DNA of 64,000 nucleotides from Lepidodermella squamata (Eukaryota; Animalia; Gastrotricha). Both the position numbers and the translations under genes were made by a program. The first letter of the stretch is position 1. Each line of letters starts with the position of its first letter. The notes beneath the pieces were generated by a model, which worked only from the letters and a program-made list of their open reading frames with translations, ran no database searches and had not been told where the DNA came from. Location: assembly GCA_047495785.1 (NCBI GenBank), contig JBLDXI010000024.1:5332001-5396000 (forward strand), in the 5' to 3' direction. Positions 1-14,476 of the stretch are shown in pieces.

Positions 1-1407
1 GGCGCAGGAGCAGGAGCGCAACGCGTTCGGCTACGACCGCCTCTTCGTGCACAAGAAGCACCCGCTGTACGACCTGTTCCAGGACCTGTACTCGGCGAGC
101 CGCGCGCCCGACGCGCCCGCGCCCCTCGACCCGGCGCTGTCCGGCGGCTTCCAGGGCCTGGTGTGGTGCGACCCTCTAGTCATCCTCGAGAACGAGACCG
201 TGCCCACGCCGTTCGGCGACGACATGATCCGCCGCTCCATCCCTACCAACACCGTCGTGTCCGTGCACTACAAGGACCCGCAGTACGCGAAAGGCTTCGT
301 GTTCCAGGCCCGCCTCATCAACGGCGTCCGCATGCCGCGGCGGGTCGTCAAGCCACAGGACTGGGACGACCGCACGCAGGGCGCGTGGCACGTCCAGACG
401 GGGTTCAACAACCAGAACGGCGCCGGCGGGTCGTACCTACGCGATTCTGGACCAGCACAGCGCTTCATTCGCAATTCAATGGGCGGCGGCGGCCAAGGTC
501 AGCAAGGTACGAATAATTTGAACGAATTTTGCTGGGAGATTCAACTTATTTTTACTTTTGCTTTCGTTGTTCGCAACCCAGGGTCATATTTCAGGGTCTC
601 CATAGATAAAAGTCGGGATGTTGGCGATTTCATTGTCGCATCAGCGAATTCGAAATGTTAACATAAATTTCGAATATTTTTTAATCAAATTCGAGCTTAG
701 GTTATTGTATTGATCTGATATAAAATCACTTTGGACCTGATTCCTGTTGGCTTTGGGATTTGGGGGAAAATTGTACTCTCTGTAGAAAAATAAATTTGTC
801 GGGTTCCTTTTCTCTATTACCGAATGAAGCTTGAATTATACGTTCCGATGAGCATTGCAATCATTTTCGAATTTTATCGAAAATTCCGAATTCCGAAGGA
901 AGAAGTATTGGTTTCAATAAATATCGGATATTTTTGAAAATTCAAATTTTTTAAAGTTTGATCTGCTACAAAATTCAAATTTTATGCTGAAATACTAGAA
1001 AATGGCTTTCCAGCCGTTGAAGGCACAAGTTTTTTGTTGAAAAATGTCTCCGTCATTTTCAGTAAACTATTCTACTCGACCTCTAACCTCTAACTCTCCT
1101 CGGTTTTAATTATATGTCCATTTAATTTTTTTGTAATTATTCTAATCCAGGTAACTACAATAACAACCGAGGTGGGTACGGGAATAACCGGGGCGGTGGT
1201 TACAACAACAACTACGGCGGGTACAACAACAACCGGGGCTACAACCCGAACCCGGGCGTGAACAGTCACATGCAGTACGACCCGGCCCGGCCCAACTTCA
1301 ACATGCCTCCACCCGCGATGCCGTTCCTGCAGCCGCCGCAGCCGCGTGGCTACCCGACCCCGCCCGGCGTCGACCCGCGCCGCTCGCAGTCGAGCCAGTA
1401 CGACTGA
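1..1407 (+). CDS. XRN2: 5'-3' exoribonuclease 2, 3' part (exons <1..506 and 1151..1407)
   Basis: RNAFGYDRLFVHKKHPL...NTVVSVHYKDPQY...VKPQDW matches the XRN2 C-terminal region. A phase-1 GT-AG intron (507-1150) joins an RGG/YNN- and Pro-rich tail ending at TGA 1405-1407. Confidence 0.88.
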
Positions 1408-2202
1408 CCAGTGCGCGCGAGCCTTGTTTTGCCTACTATGCATTTTCAATGATAAACAAACAAACCAGTTCAAATTTAGTCATTTTGCGTTTGCGGTGGA
1501 AACTACGACGACAACGGTGCGAATCGAAGAAGAAGCGAATTTTGTTTATGTAAAAACTGATTATATATAGATAAATACTATGAATATTTGCTGCGTCTAA
1601 TAATAGTTGCTGTCTGCGTTTTTTTGCGCGAATTTTTTCTGCTCTGCTCTCTCGTGTTTTCTCTCTTTAATACTACTGAAACTTGATGAATGATCGTGAA
1701 ATACGTGTACTACTGTGTACTAATGAAACACAAAAACAGATGATATAAAAATCTTAAAATTTATCGATTGATCGATTATTGATTATTCCTTATCGCGCAG
1801 AGCCGAGGCAGCTCTCCTCAACCACCGTCAAGCATTGCAGTGCATTTTTTCCAAATTGAGAAAATTGGTTCAACAAATCAAACAGTTGCTTTTTCGGCAT
1901 TATTTTTCTTTTCAATTGAAATTTTCGTTAAATCGGATTTTTCCTTCAATTTCTTGAAAAATTACGACATTTTCGACCGTCATTTTTATTGAAAATTTAA
2001 AATTTTGAAATGGCCAGTTTTCTCTAAAATTGGAATTCGGAAATTTGAGAGGCTTACATTTTACAAGCGGTTGGTTGAGGCTGCCTTCTTTGTGTCCACC
2101 CTAATTACTATATCATTCCATTGTAATAAAATGTAGGCCAGTTTTTATTTGGAATAATTTATTGGGACACCCGATGTCCTATCTGACTCGACTTGGGTAG
2201 TC

Positions 2203-3804
2203 ATGAACCGACAGCAGCCGCATAGCCACAGCAGCCCCCTCCACCACAACCCCTCGCAAAAGTTTCGAAAACCGTCAAACGCGTCTATGAACCCGAATAG
2301 CCCCTCCAGTGGCAACAACCTCGGATCTAGTCAAGTGCCGTTGATTCCGAACTCGCCTTCAGACCAAAATATCGGCGGCCAGCAGCAGCAACAGCCATCT
2401 GGGAAACGCGACATTGCCTGTGCCCCTGGGTCGGTTCGCGAATTTTTCCTCATTTTCCTGATCGGACTTTCGCGGAAAATTCTGGCGGTGAAAGCTGAGC
2501 ATAAACTGGCGTGCTACCTCCTCATGGTCTTCCTCGGCTCGATTGTCGCTGAGCTGTTCACCCTCCCGAAAGACTTTCTCTTCCAGCGAGTTTCGAAGCC
2601 GTTGAACTCGTTTGTCATCAAATTCGGCTACGGGTGGATTTTGGTCATTACGACACCCTTGGTCATGCTATCAGCACGCATATATTCGAAAAATTCCAAC
2701 GTAACAACATTGGCTAATTTCGGTCGATTGCTTGTCAACACCCTCGGTAAGTCTGGAAATGTCATATAGATGTAAAAATAATCGATAATTTTCTGGTTTT
2801 TCAGTGTGGTTTTTTGTTACTTCGACGTTTTTCTGGTTCTACTCGGGTCGCGGCATGTGTTTGGTCATGGAAAAGTCCAACTCGAGCCACGCTTCCTTCA
2901 AACAACTCCTCTTCCACGACTGTCGAAGGGCCGGTCACACCTGGTAAGCTACCCCCAACGAATTTTGGCCTCGAGTCAATAGGAATTTTTGCAATTTTGT
3001 TGATTTTTGATCGAAACTATCAAACCAATATGAAATTCAAAGGGCTATTTCTCGCCGTGTTCTCGAATTGATAATGTTCCCTTATTTAAAAAACTTCATC
3101 GTAACTTATTTCGATTTTGATGAATTATCAGGATGAATTCCCGCAAATTTTGATAAAGCTAATAATTTGTTCCTATTTTTGTTCTACTTCTGGTTTAATT
3201 TTGTCATGGCCCAAATTAAAATTGAAATCTTCACAATATCGATTTACTGTCGAAATCGATTTTGTTAATTGATTGGCAATGTTCCGAATTTCAATTTTTT
3301 TTAAATTAAATAATCGAAGTTGTGTTGTACGATTGACTAATTTTATTATTTCAATTGTTCAGGACTGGTTTCGACATTTCAGGCCATACGTTCCTATTAG
3401 TTTTCTGCAATTTAATCCTCATCGAAGAGACGCGAATCATGAAACTGGTCGATAAAGTGTTCCAAACGCAGCAGCAACAGCAGAATATAGCTTCGACGAG
3501 CTCGAGCGGTTCGTCGTCGAATGTCAACTCGGAGTCAAATGTCTCAGACCCGCTGAATGCGCTGACGAAACGCGACAAACTGCTGCTGCAGATCGTGCTG
3601 TGCGTGGCCGGGGGCACGACGGTGGCCTACGACTACGTGCTCGTCATAACCACCCTGTTCTACCACACGATTCTCGAGAAAATGCTCGCGATGGTGTGCG
3701 CGGCCGGGGCTTGGTTTGCCCTGTACAGGTTCCTGTACCCGAAAATGGCTATTCACCCGGGCGTGGGAGCGTCTGCCTCCGCGACTTCACAGCATGTGAA
3801 ATGA
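2203..3804 (+). CDS. FITM2: Fat storage-inducing transmembrane protein / acyl-CoA diphosphatase FIT2-like, 374 aa (exons 2203-2746, 2805-2943, 3363-3804)
   Basis: WTGFDISGHTFLL, EE and FYHTILEK FIT motifs; several TM segments; spliced length 1125 nt is in frame. Confidence 0.88.
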
Positions 3805-6800
3805 AAGATTTGAATAAATGCCAATTTCTTATATGAATATATATTGCTATCTCAGAGTTTCGCCACTGTTTGCTTGTAAAATAAACAATCAATCGAAAAT
3901 GTTCATTTGAGAACGCTTTCTAGGTGCTATCGATTCCCAGAATTCCTGAGTTGCTGGCTATTTCCAGAAAAAGTTGAAATTCAAAATTTCAGTTTTGGCA
4001 AAAAAAAACAGCGTGAATTGACGAAATTCGATTGATTGTTTATTTGGAGCGGTTTTGCTCACGATGACGTGCCATTGCTTGTAACCGTAACCTATCAGTA
4101 CCTGAATTTTCGCATGGAATTAAACGAAAAATTATAGAATCTACTCCCGTGTTTTTCGATTTTTGAGAAAAGTCTAGCCAAACACCTTTTGTTACTGCTT
4201 TTTCATATTATACTATCATCACGCTGAAGAATATAATCATCATTTGTTGTTCTTTCGAGAAAAACGGCGGAAAATAAAAACGATATCGTTTCTTTTGTTG
4301 TCGCAAAAAAGAAAGAGCGCGCCGTTTTGTTTTGTTTTTGTTTGTTTATTATTTATATATCGATACTTATTCGAGGCAGGCAACAATAATACGACATCAT
4401 CTGGGCGAGAGCTGAAAAGGGCCGCGCAAGTGCCGAGTTTGACTGCTGCCACGACACTGCACTTCAAATCTCGATAATAGAACAGCAGTGTAAATATTTA
4501 TTTATACATGTTTTGCTTTCAGCTCGATATCAATAACAAGCCCACAGGGGGCCTTGAAATAATAAAATAAAACTTTTCGTCGCCTTTAATCACCCTCGCA
4601 ATTTTTTTTGAGAAGTGAAACCTCACCGGGAAGGTATATACACATATATATATCGCATTAATTACTGTATATTAACACTGTCAAGTTTTCACCGCTAATT
4701 AGATCAATAATAGTAATTTTTTCGAGTGTTTTCTCGTCGAGGCCTGCTGTTGGCTTTACAACACAGAATTACCTATTAGTGAAAAATAACAATAATAATA
4801 TTTTTTGCCGCCGCTGTCAACTTGTGTCGCCAGGTGATTAGCGAGTATTGATTTCGAAGAGGCGAAAATTCGCGCGCACCCGCACGATGTATTTCAAGCA
4901 TAACTACTTGTTCTCGGGTTTTTCTCGTCGTCGACTTTTCGAAAAAATGGGTGCAATCTAATTTCGATACACATACACTGCAGCTGTATTTCGTTTTTCA
5001 CACGAGTTCGCGCGTCTCCTAAGTTAATAATAATAGAGAAGCAGCAGCGGTGATGGCGAAAAACACGCTGCTGTCATCATTATCATCGGCGTTTTGATAA
5101 AATGACACAATGATGGGCGCGCTAATTTTCGGCCCAAAAATAACAACATGTTTTTCGCAGCGCGCGCGCGCTCTTCCGCACGTCAAAAAATCACGCCAAT
5201 TCAATTGTGCGCGTGTGTTCACATCGTAGTATTTTCACGCTGTCCAAGTCGAAGACCGCCCGGCTATTATAAGTATTACCACCATTACTATTTATACAGA
5301 GGATGGGCGATAAACTCATTTGGCGTCGATTTGCGGCGCGTATTGCGGTTGAAAAAACGCCGCCGCACTTGCCGCTGTTAGTTCCTTTCATTAAGGTGGA
5401 TTGTTAGGTGCGATTTTCATCTCAATCAGGTGTGTATGTCACATCGTGTCTCTATTTCTAGATTCGACTGATCTACTTTTTTTATCAGCTTTCTATGATC
5501 GGCAAGAAAGCGTCGTCCTTTTCCCGTCTTTTATTGGCCAATTATTTGCAGGTTCGATTTCATTACCGTTTGCCCCTGACGTTCGAACTTGAAACTAGCC
5601 TCATCATGAGACTTATTTTGGGACATCGCGATGTTCACATCATTTGAGAGCTTGCAGTTTGACTCTAGCGATATATAATGTGCGCTTAATCGCTCCAATT
5701 TGACATTGACTCGCGTAATAATATTTCTTCTCGAAATTTCCGCCTTTGCCTTCGTTATACTCATCTGTTATCATTTCTGCAATTTTTCGCGCTCTTGATT
5801 TGTGCGGGTTTTTTTTACGTTTGAAATTCTCGGAATAAATTTAGTACCAAATTTTATTAATTGGGGGCTTCGCTTCGCATTGTAGCATATTTTTGGATTT
5901 TGGACAGATCTGTTAGTTGCCGGAAAATTACGTAGTTATCTTTGAAACGTTCATCATCCCTGGAAAATTGCATACCTGCCTTTTGAACATGAGATTTTTT
6001 ATTATAACCCGACTTATGAAGCTAAGATACCTATCATCTTCTCGTTTCTCTTTAAGTTTATGGAATGAGAGATGCTCTATGATTCTAACTCGATTACTCA
6101 CAAAAAATCATTTCCCAGAACGAGGTTGAATGCGATTCTTCCCAGCAGCTGGCTTGATTTCAGAAAAAAAAACCAATCAAATTAGAAACCCTAGAATTGC
6201 GAGTTTTTTTGCGATCCCTGAAGCTTTTTTCAACAATTTCCAAGAAGCCGAAAAAGCAATGTCTTCACGTGTCAATGTCATCTTGTTTTCCTAATTGCCC
6301 CAATAATATTGTCATATTGATGCCTCTGCGTTGCCAATGCCATCGTGCGCGCGCGCGCGTTCAATGCAAAAAGCGGCTTCGCACTCGCGCGGCTCATTAA
6401 GGCGGCGGCGAGTGCGTTTTTTGCGACGGCTCACAGGTGTCACGTTCGCGCGCTACAGCCGCTAATGGCCGGCGGCATCATTAGCCTTGTGACTAAACGA
6501 CGACGACTGAAATGCATCGATGAGTAAAAAAGAAAATTCACATAGTAGTCGGTATTAATCGGCCGATGTTTTATTCATCGCGCTCGAGCCGCCGAGGGCT
6601 GTTCGCCGTTGTCGTAGTTTTGTTGCCTGCCTGCTATACTTACCTGAGACGAGTGTCCAGTGTCCGCCGTCCGCCGTCCGACTATTACGGCTCGCAATAA
6701 CACACGCCCCGATGTGTATAAGTCTGAGTAGCCGCTGCGGCTGCGGCTGTCTCATTGATTTTTTGCTGCCTGCCATGCGCCGCTTCCGGGCGCGCGCGTG

Positions 6801-6944
6801 TTTTCTTTCGAAAAACCTCCGACCGACTCGAGTCGCGTTTCTTGTCGTCGTCGTCTTTTATACTACAACAGCTACAACTAAACAACGCGTTTGTCTTATT
6901 ATTTCACTTCACATTACTTGTAATAATATAATATAGTGCCTAAT

Positions 6945-6972
6945 CGCAGCAGCAGCAGCAGCAGCAGCCGCA
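6945..6972. repeat. (GCA)n microsatellite
   Basis: cgcagcagcagcagcagcagcagccgca seen directly. Confidence 0.8.
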
Positions 6973-8627
6973 GCGCCGACGATTGGTCCCTATTGCCCAG
7001 CAATAAAATAATCACAAACACAACAGCGCAGTTTTAGTTGATACTAATTAAATTTACCTGCGTTTTTAATGACAATATTTGACTAGCACGCATAACATTC
7101 GCATTTTAATTCGGTTATCATTTTTCTTAATATTACCTGTTTTTTTTCTACCAAGTGCAGTGTTAATTCAATCAGCAAATTTAGGATGCTGGGAACTTTA
7201 TATTACTTATATAGCAGCTGGATTTTCTTAGCTTTAGACTTTCAGCCCCAGTGCGACTTTTTATTCTATTTTTATTAATTTTTTGTAAAAATTCATATAG
7301 CCTACGGAGGGCGCGCGGCAGTTTTTTCGAATCAAGTGGCTGGATGCTGAAATAATGCTGGTTCATATCGTTTTTGTTTTTTCTCCCTCGATCGGCACCT
7401 GAGTGGCGATTTTATTGCAACTTGAAGCTTTCAGCGCAGTGCACTTTTTTGGCGAACTGGCGGCAATTAGCGCGAGGGAAATGAGGCGCCATTCCGGCGC
7501 CCTTTTTTGCGAGCAGGCGTGGCGTTGCCCGCTCGCTCGCTCGCTTGGTGCCATCTGTCGTCGTCGGTCGTGGCGGCCTGTCGCACTTGCGGATTAGCCG
7601 AGTTCATTGCGGCCGCGCTACTTAATTATCGCTTCTTTAATTGCGCGCCCACAATTTTCGGCCGCCGAGACGCTAAACGCTCGCGCTGTCTCGCTCACAG
7701 CTTTTCTTGCCCTTGCTGCTCTGCCGAATAATTTGCATTCCGGCTCGGCTCGCTAACATCCCGAACTTTCCAGCCCTCATAAATCGCACGCGATTTGCTA
7801 TTTAACTCTCACCGAGCTCAATTTTCTCAAGTTCATTTTTTGACGAATTTGGGACAACATCCCAAAGTCAACCCAGAAAATTCTCCTTGCATTTTAGTTT
7901 GAAGACCAGCCCTGCCTTCTTATGCAGTCCATTTAATATATATTTCTATGAATATTCAATAAGTTCATTCAAATAGCCGAAAACAGTTAGTCCAAAAATG
8001 TGTCCGATCATAGATTTTTCCCCATTTTTCCCCAATACACACGCTAAATAAATCATGGAAAAGTTTGAAGTTGGATTTTCGGTTCGAGAATTCTACTCGC
8101 AACATCTGTAATCAATATTAGGTCATATTTTCGGATTTTTCAACATTTATTATTAATGGTAGAATATTAAAATAATTGGCAATAAAATAGTTTTCCTAGT
8201 TTTCCGTTCAATCATCTCCTAGTAGTATTTGCATTTTCTGCCCATTCTGGATTCTATGCAATTAGAGATTATCGACCGCTAAAATTTGCGAAACCCCAGG
8301 CAAATGTTTTGAAAACGTTGGAGCATTTAGATTATTACTCAACGGCGTAATATTCAGCGTTGATATTTCTTCCAAATGTCAATTCTACTAAATTCTTCCT
8401 TTTTCTTAACGATTTTTTAATTCATTCAATTTATTTATTCGATATATAGATTGTAAAATTGAAATTCGAATGAAGCTTCTCGACAGCGTGAGCGCGATAG
8501 ACCACCACCGCCGCCAGTCCAATTACTGATCGATCAGGCGCAGACATCTTGTTTCATATACTCATCACCCACAATAATCATTATCCGCCAATTAATAACC
8601 AACCAGCAGCAGTAGCGCAGTCGTGTC

Positions 8628-10207
8628 ATGTTACTGCCGATACAGCCCCGACTCGCCGGCAGTTTGCTGCTGGCGGTGCTAGCCAGCGCGGCGCGTGCCG
8701 CGTACGACGCCGATGCCGGCAACGACTCGCCGCCGTCGTCGAGTTACTCGGACGGCGACGCCTCGGCCCCGCTCGACGTCCGCGCGCCGCCGCAGCCGCC
8801 GCCCTCCAGTAAGGTGCGCAAGGAGATTTTCGGCGCCGAACCAGGCGGCGGCGGTGGCGCGAATGGCGACGGCGTCGATGAAGAGACCAATGGCCTCGTA
8901 CAACAGTGCTTAAGAGCTGTCAACAACTGCACCAATACACAGGTACAGCCTAAGGGCTGAATTTCTAGAAAATTTAACAAAAATTGAAGGAAGCAAAAAC
9001 ATGGGGAAAATATCGGAAATCTCACCCAAAATAACGAATCAAGCATCAAGATCGAATCAAGTAACGAATTGTAAACGTTTGGCTCGCGAAATTCGAGGTT
9101 TCAAACGCGCTAGTTCATAATCTCGAAATTACCGAACTTGTACCGTCATTCGAATTACCTTGAAAAATGGAAACATTTATTGAAAAATGTCGGAGGTTGT
9201 AAGAAGAGATGAGATTGTGTTTAGAATGTTGATTGAAAAGTGCCTAATTACGGTATTTTCCAGCTTTAGGGTTTCCGGTTCCTCGCCATCGTAATTTCTT
9301 AAGGGCGGGAAACATATCTGCAGTCCAATTTTTGAGGGATTTTCTTGGTCCTGTACTCAGTAATTGTGTTTATTGAAACTGAGCGAAAATCAATCAAGAA
9401 GCTCGAACTTCCTTGTTATAGTAGTTTTATGTTTGATTGCCGAAAGGATGCTAAGATTGTGAATCCAGTAACATTCGCAGATTGAAATTTTCTCATGATT
9501 AATGGTTTCCTTGCTAAATCCACTGGTTCATTGAATCGGTTTTCCCAAATTACATCGGCTCATAAATACCGAAACATCATCCGAATTATTCCGAAGTAAT
9601 TTTCAAGCTATTCGATGTTGATATCTTGGTATTCAACCAAAATTATGCGAATGTTGCGATTTATTCACAGAATTTCCAGGAAATAATGATAAAATTTGCA
9701 CGTTGGGCCAAGTTTGGGGTTCCTTTGAACAATGTTCAAACAATATTTGATGTTGATGTCAAAATTATGAAGAAATGTTAGATCTTGATTAATTGTTTGG
9801 CCGAATTTTGTCAAGAAGTCTTGGAGACTTGGAATATTTTTTGCGAATCCAAGATGTTTGATTTTTGTGAACTTTTTATGTTTGTTGTATAGGACACGCT
9901 GCTGATCCACGTGGCGCTGTTCCTGCTGTCGGACCGGAAGTGGCGGCCGACGCCAAACTCGTCGCAGGTGCAGTACGTGCTGTCGGGTTGTGACAAGTAC
10001 GAGCGGTTCATCCAGTGCGTGGAGCTGCACACGAACGCGCAGTTCGGCTCGCAGGAGTGCTTCGAGCTGTCCGGCTTCTCCGACTCGTTCGGCTTCAGGT
10101 GGCACCGCTGCAACCGCTTCAAGCGCTGGGTCGGCATGAAGAAGCCGAGCCGCCGCCACAGCCGCTCGCGCTACTACTTCCGCCGCCACGGTCGAATGCG
10201 CATCTAG
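8628..10207 (+). CDS. Uncharacterised secreted 6-Cys protein with basic C-terminal tail, 209 aa (exons 8628-8942, 9893-10207)
   Basis: Signal-like LAGSLLLAVLASAARA; phase-0 intron CAG|GTACAG...TGTATAG|GAC keeps frame; GC3-rich codons like neighbouring genes. Confidence 0.72.
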
Positions 10208-11286
10208 CTATCTCATGTAATACTACCTATACATACCTAGGCCTAAACCGAAAATGATACAAAACTCAAGCTTTATTTTTCTACGACTCATCATACATGC
10301 CAGTTTTTATAAGCCAACAAGATAGCTCGTTAACAATCATTTTTTTCGACTAGTCAAATCACTTTTAGAATGATCGATTTTCCCAACGATTTTTTCGCGA
10401 ATAATAGTAATAATTCCGATACAACACTTCTTCTTGTTTAAATTATTGTCAATAATAATTATTATTATTTTTATTTTCTTTTCGTCCACTTGAACGGAGA
10501 CTATCTATTATGGATGTATTAATGTGACTATTGCCATTATTAACCAAATGTATCATTTTTCTATTGTCTGATTATTCTCATGATTTTATTGTTTCTCATC
10601 AATTGATATGACTAAAACTGCCGGCGATTTACCTGTTGCGAGTTTTGCGTTGTTTTAATTACGATTATTAATAAAAAGCAGCAATCAGTTGGAACAATTT
10701 CGACTTTTCGCAGTTTCTTATTACGTTCAACTGCAAAGTTTTTCGACGAAATGACAAATCAGCGAATTTCTGCAAATCCTTCAAGCCGAAAGTTTCAAAG
10801 TGTAAGCACCCCAGGTTGCCCGATTTCGATTTGTGAAACTTTGACTCGATTGTTTTCGGAAATCAGCGATTTTTCCCTGGTTCCCTCAAGTAGAATAAAA
10901 GAATCATCGAATAGTCTATTCCCTCTATTTACGTTTACGTTTTTAAACTGCTTTCTATGTCTTTGCTCAGATTTCCGCGGCGTGCCTGGATCGCCTGACA
11001 AAAAATCCCGAAGGACGTACGCTATTTTGCGCTTTCGCCTCGTCGCTTTGTCAGCGCGCGATTTTAATGACCTGCAATAAAAGTGAAGTACAGCAGCAGG
11101 AGAAATATATATATCGTTTTTGCTTGATCGGGTGCAATAAAAAGTAATGAAGAAAAAAATTACAAAGAAATAACAAATTATTTCACGGGCGATTTCGCGT
11201 ACGACAAATGTTCGTTCGCCTCCATCCGTTTTCCGCCTCGTGTAAAAACGCCTGCAATTGATGTAGGCACTCGGAAATCGTTGTTT

Positions 11287-11306
11287 TATTATTATTATTA
11301 TTATTA
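11287..11306. repeat. (TTA)n microsatellite
   Basis: ttattattattattattatt seen directly. Confidence 0.75.
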
Positions 11307-12082
11307 CGCATTACCAACCACATCGTCATTGTTTCATCGATCGCTGCGAGGACGGCGGATAAAATTTCGAAAAATAAATGCAACGGCAACAACAGAACAA
11401 CAGAAAAATAAAAACGCCTTAAAAATGCGACAGCGCCCCCAGGTGTTGAGTGCGAAAAAATCAATGGCAAGCGCGCTAGCTTTTCACGCCGCGCACAGAG
11501 AGCGACAAGAAAAAATCAATAAATAGGTCTGCTACTATCCATCCATCTGTCTGTCTGTCTTTCTGTCTGTCCTTCATCGGCGACTGTCAGTTGAAATTCA
11601 GTTAATATACAGTAATAATATAAAGCCAATCACGGCGGTGTGAAGAGATAAGATTGATCATAAAAAAAATAGCAATAATAATAGTAATATCGGCGGAAAT
11701 TCAATTTTATCATGACAGTGATGAGGACGCAGGCGGCGGGTTTTCTGACACATTTACAACAATGAAAAAAAAATAATGGCAGGAGTGGCCGGCCACAACA
11801 ACTCGAGTGCAAGTTTGGAAAAATCGAGTGAGCGAAAAAAACACAACGAGATCGAATGAAAAATTACAAAAAGTTACATATTAACGCCCCCAAAAAATGT
11901 TGCCGGTCAAGTGACATATCGCCGGCCAAAATAAAATCTGATTTTCCGGTATAAAAAAAAACTTAGCCAGCAATATGGCACTTGATGGGCAGATTACATA
12001 CACGGCAAGCTGATTGTGATAATATTATTAATTCGCATCGCAAGATAATAAATCAGTCATTAGTTATAGAATATATTTGCTG

Positions 12083-13485
<1,403 letters not shown>

Positions 13486-13771
13486 CTTTCACGCTCTCAA
13501 ATTCTTATCATCAGCATCTAAAATTAAAGAGAAAAAACAAAATGCAATAAATGAATATGTTTTATGCCGATGAATGACAAGAAACAACGTTCACAACGCA
13601 CTATGCATAATTAATTTTGCCTTCGGAATGAATCAATCAAATCAGCAAAAAACGTTTGGCAATGAGTATAATATCTAAAATGTAGCCAATATCACAAATT
13701 GTATAATATCACAGCGTAACAAGAGATCTGAGTTTTGAAATTATGCAATAAGCCAGCAGCCAAGATTCGTT

Positions 13772-14476
13772 TCACTCAGAAGGGCCTTCCTTATCTTTGC
13801 TTTCATTGGCAACATTATCATCAAGACCGGGCTCAGAACCAGTTCGGCCCCAAACTTCAGCAATGCGAGCCTGCAGTTGGCGAGCGACCTTCTCGCTCAA
13901 TCCTTCCTGGACGGTTTGGAATGTCTTCTGGAATTGGTACATCATTCGCTCCTCACGGTCACACCATTCAGCTTCCTTTGCACTGAGTTGATACCAAAGA
14001 CCGTCAATGGTATCCCTCTGCGTCTCAGATTCAGATTTTGACGATTCAGCTTGTATTTCCAAAGCGCTAAGTTTAGATCGTAAGTCTTGCAGTTCGTCCT
14101 CATGACCACACGGGCCTTGCTGAACAACATTACGTGCATTGTTCAGCGCATCGTTCAATTTCGCTATCTCACGGTCCTTCTCCTCGCGAAGATTAGCGAG
14201 TTGAATAGCGTGATCGTGCCGCAGTTTAGAGATCTTTTCTTCGAGTTCACGGCAACGAGCAGCCGCTTGAATATCTCGCTCGGATATAGGATTGCCAACT
14301 TCGACGTATTCGTGCTCGCGTTTGATAATCGTTTGATTCTTCGCTTTCCTCAGCTCATCCATCCTCTGTTTCAGCAGTTTGACTTCTTCCTCCAGCATTT
14401 TAATCCGTTCCACAAGAACGCTTTTCGGCTCATTGTCCCACCGGCTTGCAACATTTACCTTACCTCCAGTAGCCAT
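13772..14476 (-). CDS. Uncharacterised single-exon coiled-coil protein, ~234 aa
   Basis: Long ORF with E/K/L/R heptad-like runs; likely start MATGG at 14476, preceded by intron-like sequence. Confidence 0.65.
   Translation of the reverse strand: MATGGKVNVASRWDNEPKSVLVERIKMLEEEVKLLKQRMDELRKAKNQTIIKREHEYVEVGNPISERDIQAAARCRELEEKISKLRHDHAIQLANLREEKDREIAKLNDALNNARNVVQQGPCGHEDELQDLRSKLSALEIQAESSKSESETQRDTIDGLWYQLSAKEAEWCDREERMMYQFQKTFQTVQEGLSEKVARQLQARIAEVWGRTGSEPGLDDNVANESKDKEGPSE

Noticed and set aside
6636-6800. ATACTTACCTG as the start of a U1 snRNA gene
   Set aside because: The following sequence lacks U1 stem-loops, the GATCACGAAGG loop and the Sm site; better explained as a minus-strand donor.
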